64,000 bases of DNA, from the NCBI GenBank assembly GCA_963771465.1, contig CAVYTU010000008.1, positions 286,469 through 350,468 of the forward strand, given 5' to 3'. Positions within the stretch are counted from its first letter, which is position 1. Each line of letters starts with the position of its first letter. Below the pieces are notes generated by a model. The model saw only the letters and a list, made by a program, of their open reading frames with translations, was not told the origin of the DNA and ran no database searches. This DNA comes from an uncultured delta proteobacterium. GTDB lineage: Bacteria > Desulfobacterota > Binatia > UBA9968. The position numbers and the translations under genes were made by a program. This document shows positions 38,677-47,862 of the stretch, one piece after another.

Positions 38677-39066
38677 CTACCTGATCCCTACCGCTTGCAG
38701 TGCCGAGGATAAAAACGTCAAGCGCTGATGCAACGCGAGCGCGCTAAATGGTTTTGATATGAAGTCATCGCAGCCGGCTGCGAGACAGCGCCGCCGCATG
38801 GTCGCACTCGGGTCGGCACTGGTGCCAAGAATCGGGATATTTCGATAGACCGAGTGTTGTTTGAGCATCCGTGCCAGCTCGAAGCCTGACAGGATTGCCA
38901 TTCGCATGTTCAAGAGAATGACCGCCGGCGACTCATGTTCGAGCCGCTCCAGCGCGTCTTGGGCATTCTGGCTCAGAGTGGCGTTCCAACCGAATGAAGC
39001 CCCTAGATTTCCTAGGATCTCGCCAAGGCTATCGAGATCGTCTACGACCAGGAGAGATTTTTGCAT
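38677..39066 (-). CDS. Stand-alone receiver-domain protein with the phosphoacceptor Asp replaced by Asn
   Basis: LLVVDD, VILLNMRM (canonical ILLDI.M), AGCDDFISKPF. Confidence 0.78.
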   Translation of the reverse strand: MQKSLLVVDDLDSLGEILGNLGASFGWNATLSQNAQDALERLEHESPAVILLNMRMAILSGFELARMLKQHSVYRNIPILGTSADPSATMRRRCLAAGCDDFISKPFSALALHQRLTFLSSALQAVGIR

Positions 39067-39158
39067 CGTCTTTTCTCTTGCTCGAACGACGAAGGACAGT
39101 TCGAGCGAAAGCGAATTCTCAAATTCGTCACAAAGCGATAGCACTCAACGGGGCGGGC

Positions 39159-40151
39159 TCACTGCGCCAAGTGTTCCTCCCAATGTTTGAACAGTTGCTC
39201 TTCAGAAAGTCCCTGGAAGCGCGCCATGTAACCGGCTTTGTTAAGCACATTCAACAAACGACGCCGCGATCCCCAGTCACTCCAAAACACCCCTGGCATG
39301 GGGAGCACGGATAAACACCCAGGATCATGAACCGGAAGTTTTTCCAGCACCGCTTGTGAGAAGTTGACCGGTGCCAAGGCGGCGTAGACTTTTCGCTTAC
39401 GCTCGATCCCGTTGCGATCGCCGTTCGCTTCTGAAAGCTCCCTAAGCGGATAATAGAGATCGGGGACAAGGCATCGCATCAGGTCGAGAAGTGTTTTCGC
39501 ATGGGCCACCAGCACCATGGTATTCCACAACGCCCCGCGCAGGATAAGTCGTCGCGCGACAGGCGGCGCCGGCTTCTCAATGAAGCCATCGACATAACGG
39601 AGATCGCAAACTCCGGTGGCGGCCACGGATTTTCCCGGCAAGATATAGCCGTATTCGGTCTCCGCCTCATTGGGCTCGGCGCCAAGCAGTATCACCCGTG
39701 AGGGGTCTCGTTCGACCATCCAGAGGGCCATTGCCAGGTAAGACACGAAGATATCTTCCTCTAAAATAAAGTGATCCGACGGAAAAATCGCCACGGCGGC
39801 ATTGCGGGATTGCTTATGAAGTTGCAGGAGCGGTAGAAGGATACCCGGTGCGGTCTCTTTATTTTCCGGTTGGATGACGACCGTATCGCGGGGCCGAGTG
39901 CCTATCTGTCGCCGCGCTTCCGGGAAGCTCAAGTGATTCTCGTTCACTACCGAAAACAGGCGCCTGCGAGGAATCAGTTTCTCCGCGCGGGAAAACGTAT
40001 GCTCGAACATCGAGCGGGTGCCGATGAAATTGACGTATTGTTTGGGTATCGCCTCCTGTCGTAATTGTTGCACAAACGAACGAAGACGAGTGCCGTCGCC
40101 ACCTGCTAATACGATTCCACATCGAACCGAAGAATCGGATGAAATGCGCAT
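39159..40151 (-). CDS. Sugar-phosphate nucleotidyltransferase (mannose-1-phosphate guanylyltransferase-like, no cupin domain)
   Basis: IVLAGGDGTRL, PKQY, QPENKETAPG, FPSDH, EYGYI, FIEKP, WSDWG. Confidence 0.85.
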   Translation of the reverse strand: MRISSDSSVRCGIVLAGGDGTRLRSFVQQLRQEAIPKQYVNFIGTRSMFEHTFSRAEKLIPRRRLFSVVNENHLSFPEARRQIGTRPRDTVVIQPENKETAPGILLPLLQLHKQSRNAAVAIFPSDHFILEEDIFVSYLAMALWMVERDPSRVILLGAEPNEAETEYGYILPGKSVAATGVCDLRYVDGFIEKPAPPVARRLILRGALWNTMVLVAHAKTLLDLMRCLVPDLYYPLRELSEANGDRNGIERKRKVYAALAPVNFSQAVLEKLPVHDPGCLSVLPMPGVFWSDWGSRRRLLNVLNKAGYMARFQGLSEEQLFKHWEEHLAQ

Positions 40152-40239
40152 GCGAGTTTGCCCTCCAAAAGTTTTCGAAGACCGTGAAGAATTTTGCAAT
40201 CTCGACGATGCTGCCAAGGCACGATGTCTCAACCATTAG

Positions 40240-40255
40240 CGCAATTACAATGCCA
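40240..40255 (-). promoter_or_regulatory. Sigma54 (-24/-12) promoter
   Basis: Minus strand TGGCATTGTAATTGCG (GG-N10-GC), about 90 nt upstream of ATG 40151. Confidence 0.78.
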
Positions 40256-40271
40256 GCGCTTCGACACCCAG

Positions 40272-40284
40272 CAAGTTATTGAAT
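40272..40284 (-). promoter_or_regulatory. Putative IHF binding site
   Basis: Minus strand ATTCAATAACTTG, one mismatch to WATCAANNNNTTR, lying between the promoter and the candidate enhancers. Confidence 0.5.
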
Positions 40285-40327
40285 TTGAAATAGTTGGCGG
40301 AAGATCAGCGATCACCAGCGGGCAAAG

Positions 40328-40410
40328 TGTCTTCAGAAAGAAACACTTATTCGCTATTGAAGACTGCTTGCCGTGATTTTAGCGGGTTACGTTGTCTACC
40401 AAGATAGACA
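40328..40410. promoter_or_regulatory. Two TGT-N12-ACA palindromic enhancer (UAS) candidates
   Basis: TGTCTTCAGAAAGAAACA (40328-40345) and TGTCTACCAAGATAGACA (40393-40410). Confidence 0.6.
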
Positions 40411-40415
40411 TGTCG

Positions 40416-41786
40416 CTATACAGAAAGTGTCTTAATCGAATAGGATCTTAGTTTTTTGTAAAAGGATGCCCGGCTAATTCCCAACAATCTAGCCGCGCGA
40501 GATCGGTTGCCTTTCACTTGGTGGAGCGCTTCGATGATTTTTTGCCGTTCGACCGCTTGGAGAGCGGTCTTGGTGGCCTGTGATAGCGGAATCAGCGCGC
40601 TGTCGGTCGCCGGCGCGAGCGGAAACAAACTGTCAGGCGTGATCTCAGGGCCGGAGCTGATCAATATGGCTCTCGCGAGAAGGTTTTCGAGTTCGCGGAC
40701 ATTGCCGGGCCACGGATAGTCCATCAAGCGGCGCAAGGCCGCGGCCGAAACGGTTTTAGGCGCAAGGCGGTTTTCCTTTGAGTGCTTATTGATGAAATGA
40801 TCGATCAACAGCGGAATATCGTCGCGGCGATCGCGCAAAGGCGGAAGCTGGATCGGCACCACCGCGAGCCGATAGAATAGATCCTCGCGAAACGTCTTTC
40901 TTTCCATTTCGGTTTTCAGATCCTTGTTGGTTGCGGCGATCACCCGAACGTCGACCTTGATGCTCTTGCTGGTTCCGAGCCGGCGAATTTCGTTCTCCTG
41001 AAGCACTCTCAATAACTTGGACTGAAAGGCCATCGTGGTGTCGCCGATCTCATCGAGCAGAATCGTTCCGCCGTCGGCTTCCTCAAACAGGCCTTTCTTG
41101 TTGGTGATGGCGCCGGTAAAGGCGCCGCGCACGTAGCCGAAAAGCTCGCTCTCGAGAAGGGTCTCCGGCAATGCGGCACAGTCAACGGCGACCAACGGCC
41201 CTTCGCTCCGTTCGCTGTGTTGATGCAGCGCTCGGGCAATCAGCTCCTTTCCCGTGCCGGATTCGCCTTGAATGAGAATCGTTGAGTTGCTGCGCGCCAC
41301 CATGCGGATCAAGCGAAAGACGGCGTGCATCGGCTTGCTCCGGCCGATGATTTGTTCGGAGTCGAGGTCAACCGCCAATTCACCGCGCAGGCGCTCGACC
41401 TCGCGCTGCAACCGATGGAGCTCGAGGCCTCTCTCGACGACTAACTGCAACTCTTCGTTATCGACGGGCTTGATCAAGTAATCATAGGCCCCGTCCTTCA
41501 TAGCTTGCACTGCCGTTTGGACCGTGCCAAAGGCTGTCAGTAGGACAAACGGTGTCGAAGGGGCGAGGACCTTGCCGTTGCGTAATAGGTCTAAGCCGCT
41601 CATCCCGGGCATTTTCAAGTCGGTGACAACGAGATCGAACAATTCCATTTCAAGCTTTTCCAACGCCTCCTCGGCCGTAGAAGCGCCCTGCACCGCGTAG
41701 CCCTTCTTCGTCAACACTCGCTTAAAGAGAGCGACAACGTTTTCTTCGTCGTCGACGATCAGGATTCGCTGTTGACCCGCATCCAT
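40416..41786 (-). CDS. Sigma54-dependent response regulator (NtrC/AtoC family; REC-AAA+-Fis HTH)
   Basis: [56 protein letters not shown]. Confidence 0.95.
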   Translation of the reverse strand: MDAGQQRILIVDDEENVVALFKRVLTKKGYAVQGASTAEEALEKLEMELFDLVVTDLKMPGMSGLDLLRNGKVLAPSTPFVLLTAFGTVQTAVQAMKDGAYDYLIKPVDNEELQLVVERGLELHRLQREVERLRGELAVDLDSEQIIGRSKPMHAVFRLIRMVARSNSTILIQGESGTGKELIARALHQHSERSEGPLVAVDCAALPETLLESELFGYVRGAFTGAITNKKGLFEEADGGTILLDEIGDTTMAFQSKLLRVLQENEIRRLGTSKSIKVDVRVIAATNKDLKTEMERKTFREDLFYRLAVVPIQLPPLRDRRDDIPLLIDHFINKHSKENRLAPKTVSAAALRRLMDYPWPGNVRELENLLARAILISSGPEITPDSLFPLAPATDSALIPLSQATKTALQAVERQKIIEALHQVKGNRSRAARLLGISRASFYKKLRSYSIKTLSV

Positions 41787-41790
41787 CGCG

Positions 41791-44544
41791 CTACACCTCG
41801 CCAAGTGGGAAATGCAGGTAGAAGGTCGCGCCGCTTCCCGGCGCGCTCTCCACGCTGATCCGCCCTTTATGGGTTTCCATAATGCGCTCGCAGATGAAGA
41901 GCCCGAGCCCCATACCCTTGCTCTTTTTAGTACTGTAGAAAGGGCGAAAGATGTTCGCCTTGGTTTCGGCATCGATTCCCGTGCCCGTATCTGTGACCGC
42001 GATGATCAACTCGCGGCCACCCGAACCTTCTTTTCTATCAGCCGGTAGCTCCTGTCTTGAAGAAGTAACTGCGCGAATCGTCAGGACACCGCCGTTGGGC
42101 ATGGCTTCGGCGGCGTTAAAGCAGAGGTTGATGATCACCTGGCGCAGCTGTTGGGGATCGGCGTAGATGTGCGGCAGTCCGGGTGGAATGACCGTCTCAA
42201 CCTTTACTTTGGACTTCTCCAGGTAGGGTAGACACACCTTTAGACTGTCATCGATGGTGTATTCAACAGCAGCGAGCACTAGATCCGCGGTGGAAGGGCG
42301 GGCAAGATCGAGAAGACTTTTAATGATCTCCTTGCAACGGACGGTTTCCTGGACAACAATCTTTAAGGAATGCTGGTGCGACTGCGATGCCGTCCGGTCA
42401 TCGATCATATCCTGGGTGAATCCCAGAATAATCTGCAGCGGATTGTTAAATTCGTGCGCGATGGACGCCGCGAGCTCGCCGAAGGAAATCAAACGGTCCG
42501 AGACGATGAGTTTTTCCTCGAGTTTTTTCGTCACGTCGCGCAGTTTTTGCTCGACTCTCTGGCGCACCGCCATGCCGGCTCTGAGAGCTTCGTTGGCCTC
42601 GGCCAGCTCCTGGGTCCGCTCCTGCACTCGCAATTCGAGATTGTCGTGGGCTTTCTGTAAGTCCACCGCCTGAGCTTGGCTCTGTTCGTAGAGCTGAGAA
42701 TTGTAAATGGCGATGGCCGCCTGGATTGCCACGGAGGACAGAAAATCGATTTCTTCGTCGCTAAACTCGTGTTCTTCCCTGGTGTAGAGGCAAAGAATTC
42801 CATTGACTTCTTGTTTGATAATCAGTGGAATCGCAAGACACGAGACTAAACTGTTTCTTACGTAGAAGTCGGGAACCATGGAACGCGAATCGGTTTGAAC
42901 GTTACGCACAATCAGGGGCGCCTTGGATTCAATCACCTGTTGGGCCCGACCGTCGGATGATGGGCTTTGGGCCGCATGCCATTCAGTTAGGTCGATGTTT
43001 CGGCAGCATAACTTCTCCAGCTTTTTGTTTTCGCGGTTGAGCAGTCTGACCGTAGTCGCGATCGGATAGGGAAAACTGACCTCGATTCTGTGCAGGAGAA
43101 CGCTCAGGACTTCTTGCAGATCTAACGTGGAGCTAATGACGCTATTGATATCGTGCAGAGTCGTGATGCGCTGGAGATCGGTTAGTATTTGCTCCTCGGC
43201 GCGCTTTCGATCGGTGATATCGCGCACGATGGCAATGACCTTGTCGCCGCCCAGCGGGCTGAGCATGATGTCCACGGGGAACTCGCTGCCATCCTTGCGC
43301 CGACCACGCAGATCAAGACCGACTCCCATCGAACGGATGCGGGGTTCAGTCATGTAACCTCGCCGATGTTTCGCATGGCTATTTCGGAACCGCTCGGGAA
43401 TTAACATCTCAATGGAATTTCCCAGTAATTCTTGGCGGCTATAGCCAAACATAGTCTCTACTGGGGCGTTGAGGTGTGCCATGAGACCCGCCTGATCGAG
43501 GACGACGATGGCGTCCGGCGCATATTCGAAGAGGCTCTGATTGAATTGCTCGCTTTGCCGCAGCAACTCTTCCGCCTTTTTCCGCTCGGTAATGTCGGTT
43601 GCGATACCGCAAGTCGCGTTAATATTTCCGACCGCGTCAAACAGCGGGAATTTAGTGACAAGACTGGTGTGCGGCCCGTCGCCGTGGAGCGCAACTTCTT
43701 CGAATTGCAGCGGCTCGCCGGATTGGAGCACCTTGAGATCGTTGCGGCGAAATGTCGCAGCGGGTTCATGAGCGAAGATCTCAAAGTCGGTCTTGCCTAA
43801 AAGCTTTGAGCCGGCTTGATGGGTGAGTTTTTCAAATTCTGGATTGACGTACAGATAGCGTCCTTCAACGTCTTTGAGGAATATCATTGACGGACTGTTG
43901 TCCATGACTCCTGCCAGCCGGGTTTCGCTCTCGCGCAGGGCTTGCTCGGATTGCTTGCGCTCGCTTATGTCGCGCAGGAGCCAGCGCAGGCCGATGGGAC
44001 GCGCCCCCCGCGTCGAGACGTCAACGATCCTCGAAACCGCCAACGAAGTCGGGAACGATGGGCCACGACGTGGCTGCATTTCCGCTTCCCATGTCCGTAT
44101 CTTCTCTTCGTTTTTCAGTCCGTCGAGTAACTTTCTGAATGGCTGATGCTGCGCTTGCGGAATAAAAACGATGATCGGCTTACCGACGAGAAAGTTCTGC
44201 CGTACGCGCAGCAGCTTTGCCGCAACGCGGTTGGCTTCGTGAATGGTACCGAGCATGTCGGTTACCAGGTAACCGTCCGGGGCGAAATCAAACAGCTCGA
44301 GATAGTGCCGGCGTTGGGCTTCTAATTCCTGCCGAGAGGCCGCTAATTGCTCGTTAGAGGCACGCATTTCCTCCACCGACACTTGCAACTCTTCCAAGGC
44401 GATGGAAAGTTCTTCCAAGGCTTCGTTCACTAGCCCTGGGTCGGGAGAAGACACGCCGGCGCGACGGTATAGATCTTCCAGCCGTTGGCGGGCGGCCTGC
44501 GCTTGTCGGGCGAGGGTCGTCTCTCCTCTCACCGCCGCTTTCAT
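41791..44544 (-). CDS. Cytoplasmic sensor histidine kinase (coiled coil, three PAS, GAF, HisKA, HATPase)
   Basis: AHEFNNPL, NLCFNAAEA, DTGTGI, GMGLGL; ATG overlaps the CheR stop. Confidence 0.93.
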   Translation of the reverse strand: MKAAVRGETTLARQAQAARQRLEDLYRRAGVSSPDPGLVNEALEELSIALEELQVSVEEMRASNEQLAASRQELEAQRRHYLELFDFAPDGYLVTDMLGTIHEANRVAAKLLRVRQNFLVGKPIIVFIPQAQHQPFRKLLDGLKNEEKIRTWEAEMQPRRGPSFPTSLAVSRIVDVSTRGARPIGLRWLLRDISERKQSEQALRESETRLAGVMDNSPSMIFLKDVEGRYLYVNPEFEKLTHQAGSKLLGKTDFEIFAHEPAATFRRNDLKVLQSGEPLQFEEVALHGDGPHTSLVTKFPLFDAVGNINATCGIATDITERKKAEELLRQSEQFNQSLFEYAPDAIVVLDQAGLMAHLNAPVETMFGYSRQELLGNSIEMLIPERFRNSHAKHRRGYMTEPRIRSMGVGLDLRGRRKDGSEFPVDIMLSPLGGDKVIAIVRDITDRKRAEEQILTDLQRITTLHDINSVISSTLDLQEVLSVLLHRIEVSFPYPIATTVRLLNRENKKLEKLCCRNIDLTEWHAAQSPSSDGRAQQVIESKAPLIVRNVQTDSRSMVPDFYVRNSLVSCLAIPLIIKQEVNGILCLYTREEHEFSDEEIDFLSSVAIQAAIAIYNSQLYEQSQAQAVDLQKAHDNLELRVQERTQELAEANEALRAGMAVRQRVEQKLRDVTKKLEEKLIVSDRLISFGELAASIAHEFNNPLQIILGFTQDMIDDRTASQSHQHSLKIVVQETVRCKEIIKSLLDLARPSTADLVLAAVEYTIDDSLKVCLPYLEKSKVKVETVIPPGLPHIYADPQQLRQVIINLCFNAAEAMPNGGVLTIRAVTSSRQELPADRKEGSGGRELIIAVTDTGTGIDAETKANIFRPFYSTKKSKGMGLGLFICERIMETHKGRISVESAPGSGATFYLHFPLGEV

Positions 44545-46413
44545 CGTTCCACTTCCTCCATCAATAATACGACTCCGTGACGCTCCTTGTTCTGGAGCTG
44601 GAGGTGAGGTCGGAGATTCAGTGGCGTGCATGTGATGCGGCATTTGATAGCCTTGCCTCGACGGTTAGTGGCGTCCAATTCGACCTCCTGGTATTCCGCC
44701 TCGCCGGACAAGCAGGGACGCACGGCTCCCCGTAGTTTCTCGACCGGCAGACCGATTTCCAGGTTCAGTAACGATCGTCCTTTGACTTCAGCTTCTCTGA
44801 GCCCCCACAGGTCCTCGGCTCTGTGATTCCAGACTAGGATGTTGAGATTTCGGTCTACGACCACGGCTCCGGAGCGAAGGCCGGCGAGGATCGATTGCAA
44901 GAAAGCATTGGCACGATTGAGTTCCTCTGAGCTCTGGCGCAACTCGTCGTTAACCGTCCGCAGTTCTTCGTTGGTAGACTGCAATTCCTCGTTCATGGTC
45001 TCGAGCTCTTCATTGGTGGACTGCAGTTCTTCGTTGGTGGTCTCGAGCTCCTCGTTAGTAGACTGCAACTCCTCATTGGTGGTTTGGAGCTCTTCGTTGG
45101 TGGACTGGAGCTCCTCATTGGCGGTTTGGACTTCTTCCCTGGCGCGCTGGAGTTCCTCCTGCAGCCTGTGGAAGAGCGTCACGTCGGCGAATGAGACGGC
45201 GACACCTATCGGGATATTCACTTCCTCATAAAGCGGTGTGACCGTGACGTCCAGGTACTGAATTTCTCCGTTGGGAAAGTGTCGATCCACGCTTGTCAGG
45301 GTAACCGAGCGATGCTCGGCGTAGGCTTGTTCGATAAGAGAACGCAATTCCACGGGACGATAGGATAGCTCCAGATCCTGCAAGGGTCGTCCGATATCCT
45401 TAGGATTTATACTCAGAAGAATTCGCGCCTTTTGGTTGGCGAATGCAAGATTGCCATTCAAATCCACCGCGACCCTGGCCACGGGAGACAACTCGAAGGT
45501 CATGTCGCGCAGACGATTCGTCCTGGCAATCGTTACAGGGTTGGCTTCATGGTTGCCCGGCTGGGCCATGGCTAATAAGCGATCCCGCCCGTTGGCGTGT
45601 GGCACTTTGGCAAAGACGCGGTATTGGAGATCAGTGGGGGTGAAGAGGTTGCTGTGCGTGAGCATCAACTCCGCCCGTCCCAAAAAGAGAAATCCAGTTT
45701 CGTTGATGGCGAAATGAAAGCGCGCCAGGATGCGTCCTTGAGCCTCGGCGTTGAAATACATGATGGTATTGCGGCTGATCAGCAAGTCGAGCCGGGAGAT
45801 GGGCGCGTCCTGGATCAGGTCATGGCGACCGAAGATGACCGAACGTCGCAAATCAGCGCGAAAGACATAGCGACTATTGATCAGCTCAAAGTATTTGTTG
45901 CGCAGTTTGGCGTCGAGAGATTCCACCTCTTTTGCGCTGTAACTAGCCTGGCGGGCCGTGTTGAGAGCTTCCTCGTCTACGTCCGTGGCGTAAATTTTGA
46001 CCCGGTGGCGGAACGGTTCCATTCCCATCGCTTCTGCCAGCACGATCGCAACGGTATAGGCCTCTTCGCCGGAGGCACAACCTGCGCTCCAGACACGCAA
46101 GGTTTCATCCGATTTTTTGTCTTTGAGGATGCGCGGGATGATCTCCTCAGCCAGATAGCTCCAGGGGGCCGGGTCGCGAAAAAAAGCGGTGACGTTGATC
46201 AAGATGATATTGAAGAGCTGTAGATATTCCTCCGGGTGGACTTCCAGATAATCGATGTAGTCGGCGAAACTTTCGATACCGACCATCTCCATTCGTTTGC
46301 TTATCCGGCGCATCAGGCTCGGGCGTTTGTAGCCGGTGAAGTCGAAGCCGCGGTTTTGCTGGAGATAGTAAAGCAAAGATTCGAACTGCTTGGTTGTCTT
46401 CGCGCTCGCTCAC
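44541..46413 (-). CDS. cheR: CheR-type methyltransferase with PAS and NEELQST coiled-coil repeats
   Basis: GFDFTGYK, INVTAFFRD, RVWSAGCASGEEAY, YATDVD, SRNTIMYF. Probable GTG start at 46413 with a one-base shift near 46390. Confidence 0.88.
44955..45125 (-). repeat. Coding 21-bp (heptad) tandem repeat, NEELQ(S/T)T/NEELET
   Basis: About eight imperfect heptads inside the CheR-PAS gene. Confidence 0.85.
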
Positions 46414-47048
46414 GGTGCGTCTCCGGTGGTGACCAGGGTTACCAGGGCCGGCGCAATCTCGTCGAGCGGCAGGACGAAATCGACGCACCCGGTTTGCACG
46501 GCGGCGCCCGGCATACCGAAGAATTCTGAGCTCTTCTCATCCTGGACGATCACGGTGCCGCCCATCTTCTTGATCGCCCTAACTCCCATGGAGCCATCGC
46601 TGCCCGTACCGGAAAGAACCACGGCGATGACGCGGTCTTTAAAGCTCGCGGCCACCGACTCGAACAATAAATCCGCGGAGGGTCGGACGAAGTGCACCAA
46701 TTCCGATTGCGAAAGCGAGAGCGTGCCGTCGGGATTGACCAGCAAATGTCTGTTGGGCGGTGCGATATAGGCCATCCCCGGCGTCAAGCGGCCTCCGTCT
46801 TCGGCCTGTTTGACTTGAAGCGCGGTGCGGCGGCTGAGAATGTCCGCCATCAAGCTGCGATGCCGGGGGTCGAGGTGCTGGACGACGACGATGGACGCGG
46901 GGAAATCGGCTGGCAGCGCAGCCAAGACATGGCTCAGCGCTTTCAGGCCACCGGCCGAAGCCGCCAGCGCGATGATGTCAAAGACGCCTTTGGCGGACTC
47001 CTGGCCGATATGCGATCGGTTCTCTGGGGAAAGTTGTTTTTCTCCCAT
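46410..47048 (-). CDS. cheB: CheB-type methylesterase, catalytic domain only
   Basis: ASAGG (Ser), VVQH (His), RPSAD, LSGTGSDG (Asp), GMP; no receiver domain. Confidence 0.92.
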   Translation of the reverse strand: MGEKQLSPENRSHIGQESAKGVFDIIALAASAGGLKALSHVLAALPADFPASIVVVQHLDPRHRSLMADILSRRTALQVKQAEDGGRLTPGMAYIAPPNRHLLVNPDGTLSLSQSELVHFVRPSADLLFESVAASFKDRVIAVVLSGTGSDGSMGVRAIKKMGGTVIVQDEKSSEFFGMPGAAVQTGCVDFVLPLDEIAPALVTLVTTGDAP

Positions 47049-47099
47049 GCTCTGCCTTTCTAATCGCCAGCGCTGGGAAAAGAACCTTACTGCTAATCT

Positions 47100-47846
47100 T
47101 CAGGGCACGTCAACAGCATCTGCAGGCCGTGAACCGAGAGTATCGGAGTTGGGAGTTTGAATCGTCGCCTTCAATGGCAGGTGGTCTGAAGCTACTCGGG
47201 TGAGCGGGGATCGCAAACGGGAAATTGTCACCAGCGCCGAGGACGGCGAAACCCAGATGCGATCCAGGGCGAACACTGGAAAGGCCGAAGGAAACGTCCG
47301 CACGAGCGCGGTCTTTCCCAAACGCGTGTGGATCCAGCGCAGCGAGCGGCCAGTCGGCAGCCATTCGTTGAAGTCGCTCAATAGGATGACGACCCGTGTG
47401 CGCCGCTGCGATAACGCGGTCAAAATCTCTCCTACTTGGAATCGCCGCTCGGCCGGCAGCAGTCCGAGGTGGGTGACAATCACGCGCACGGCTTCGCCGC
47501 CGATTTCCAGGTCGGCGTCGATGGCGCCGCGCGGTTCTCTGCCGGGATAGCTGAGATCCAGTTTCTGAACCGTCAAAACTTTGTAGCTCGTCAGCAAGCC
47601 ATTGCCGTAATGTCCGTTTCGTCGCTCCAGGGAGGGACCCGGGACGGCGTGGAAACCGGTCATGGCGGCAAGATAATTCATCTGATGCAACTCTGCCGCT
47701 CCGCTCGAATCGGAATGCACTTCCTGCAGGCCGATGATCTGTGCGCCGCTTTCTTTGATGATTTGCGCGATGCGCGGCGGATCGCGGCGCTTGTCCATGC
47801 CGACGCACTCATGAATATTGTAGGAGAGGACAGAAAAATGTTGCAT
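47100..47846 (-). CDS. Endonuclease/exonuclease/phosphatase (YbhP-like) protein
   Basis: SYNIH, GLQEV, YGNG, THLGL, DFNEW, LDRIW, ASDHLP. Confidence 0.9.
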   Translation of the reverse strand: MQHFSVLSYNIHECVGMDKRRDPPRIAQIIKESGAQIIGLQEVHSDSSGAAELHQMNYLAAMTGFHAVPGPSLERRNGHYGNGLLTSYKVLTVQKLDLSYPGREPRGAIDADLEIGGEAVRVIVTHLGLLPAERRFQVGEILTALSQRRTRVVILLSDFNEWLPTGRSLRWIHTRLGKTALVRTFPSAFPVFALDRIWVSPSSALVTISRLRSPLTRVASDHLPLKATIQTPNSDTLGSRPADAVDVP

Positions 47847-47862
47847 GACGATGCCGCCTGGT

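Noticed and set aside
44955-45125. 21-bp tandem repeat as a non-coding array or VNTR
   Set aside because: It encodes the NEELQST coiled-coil heptads commonly found in CheR-PAS proteins.
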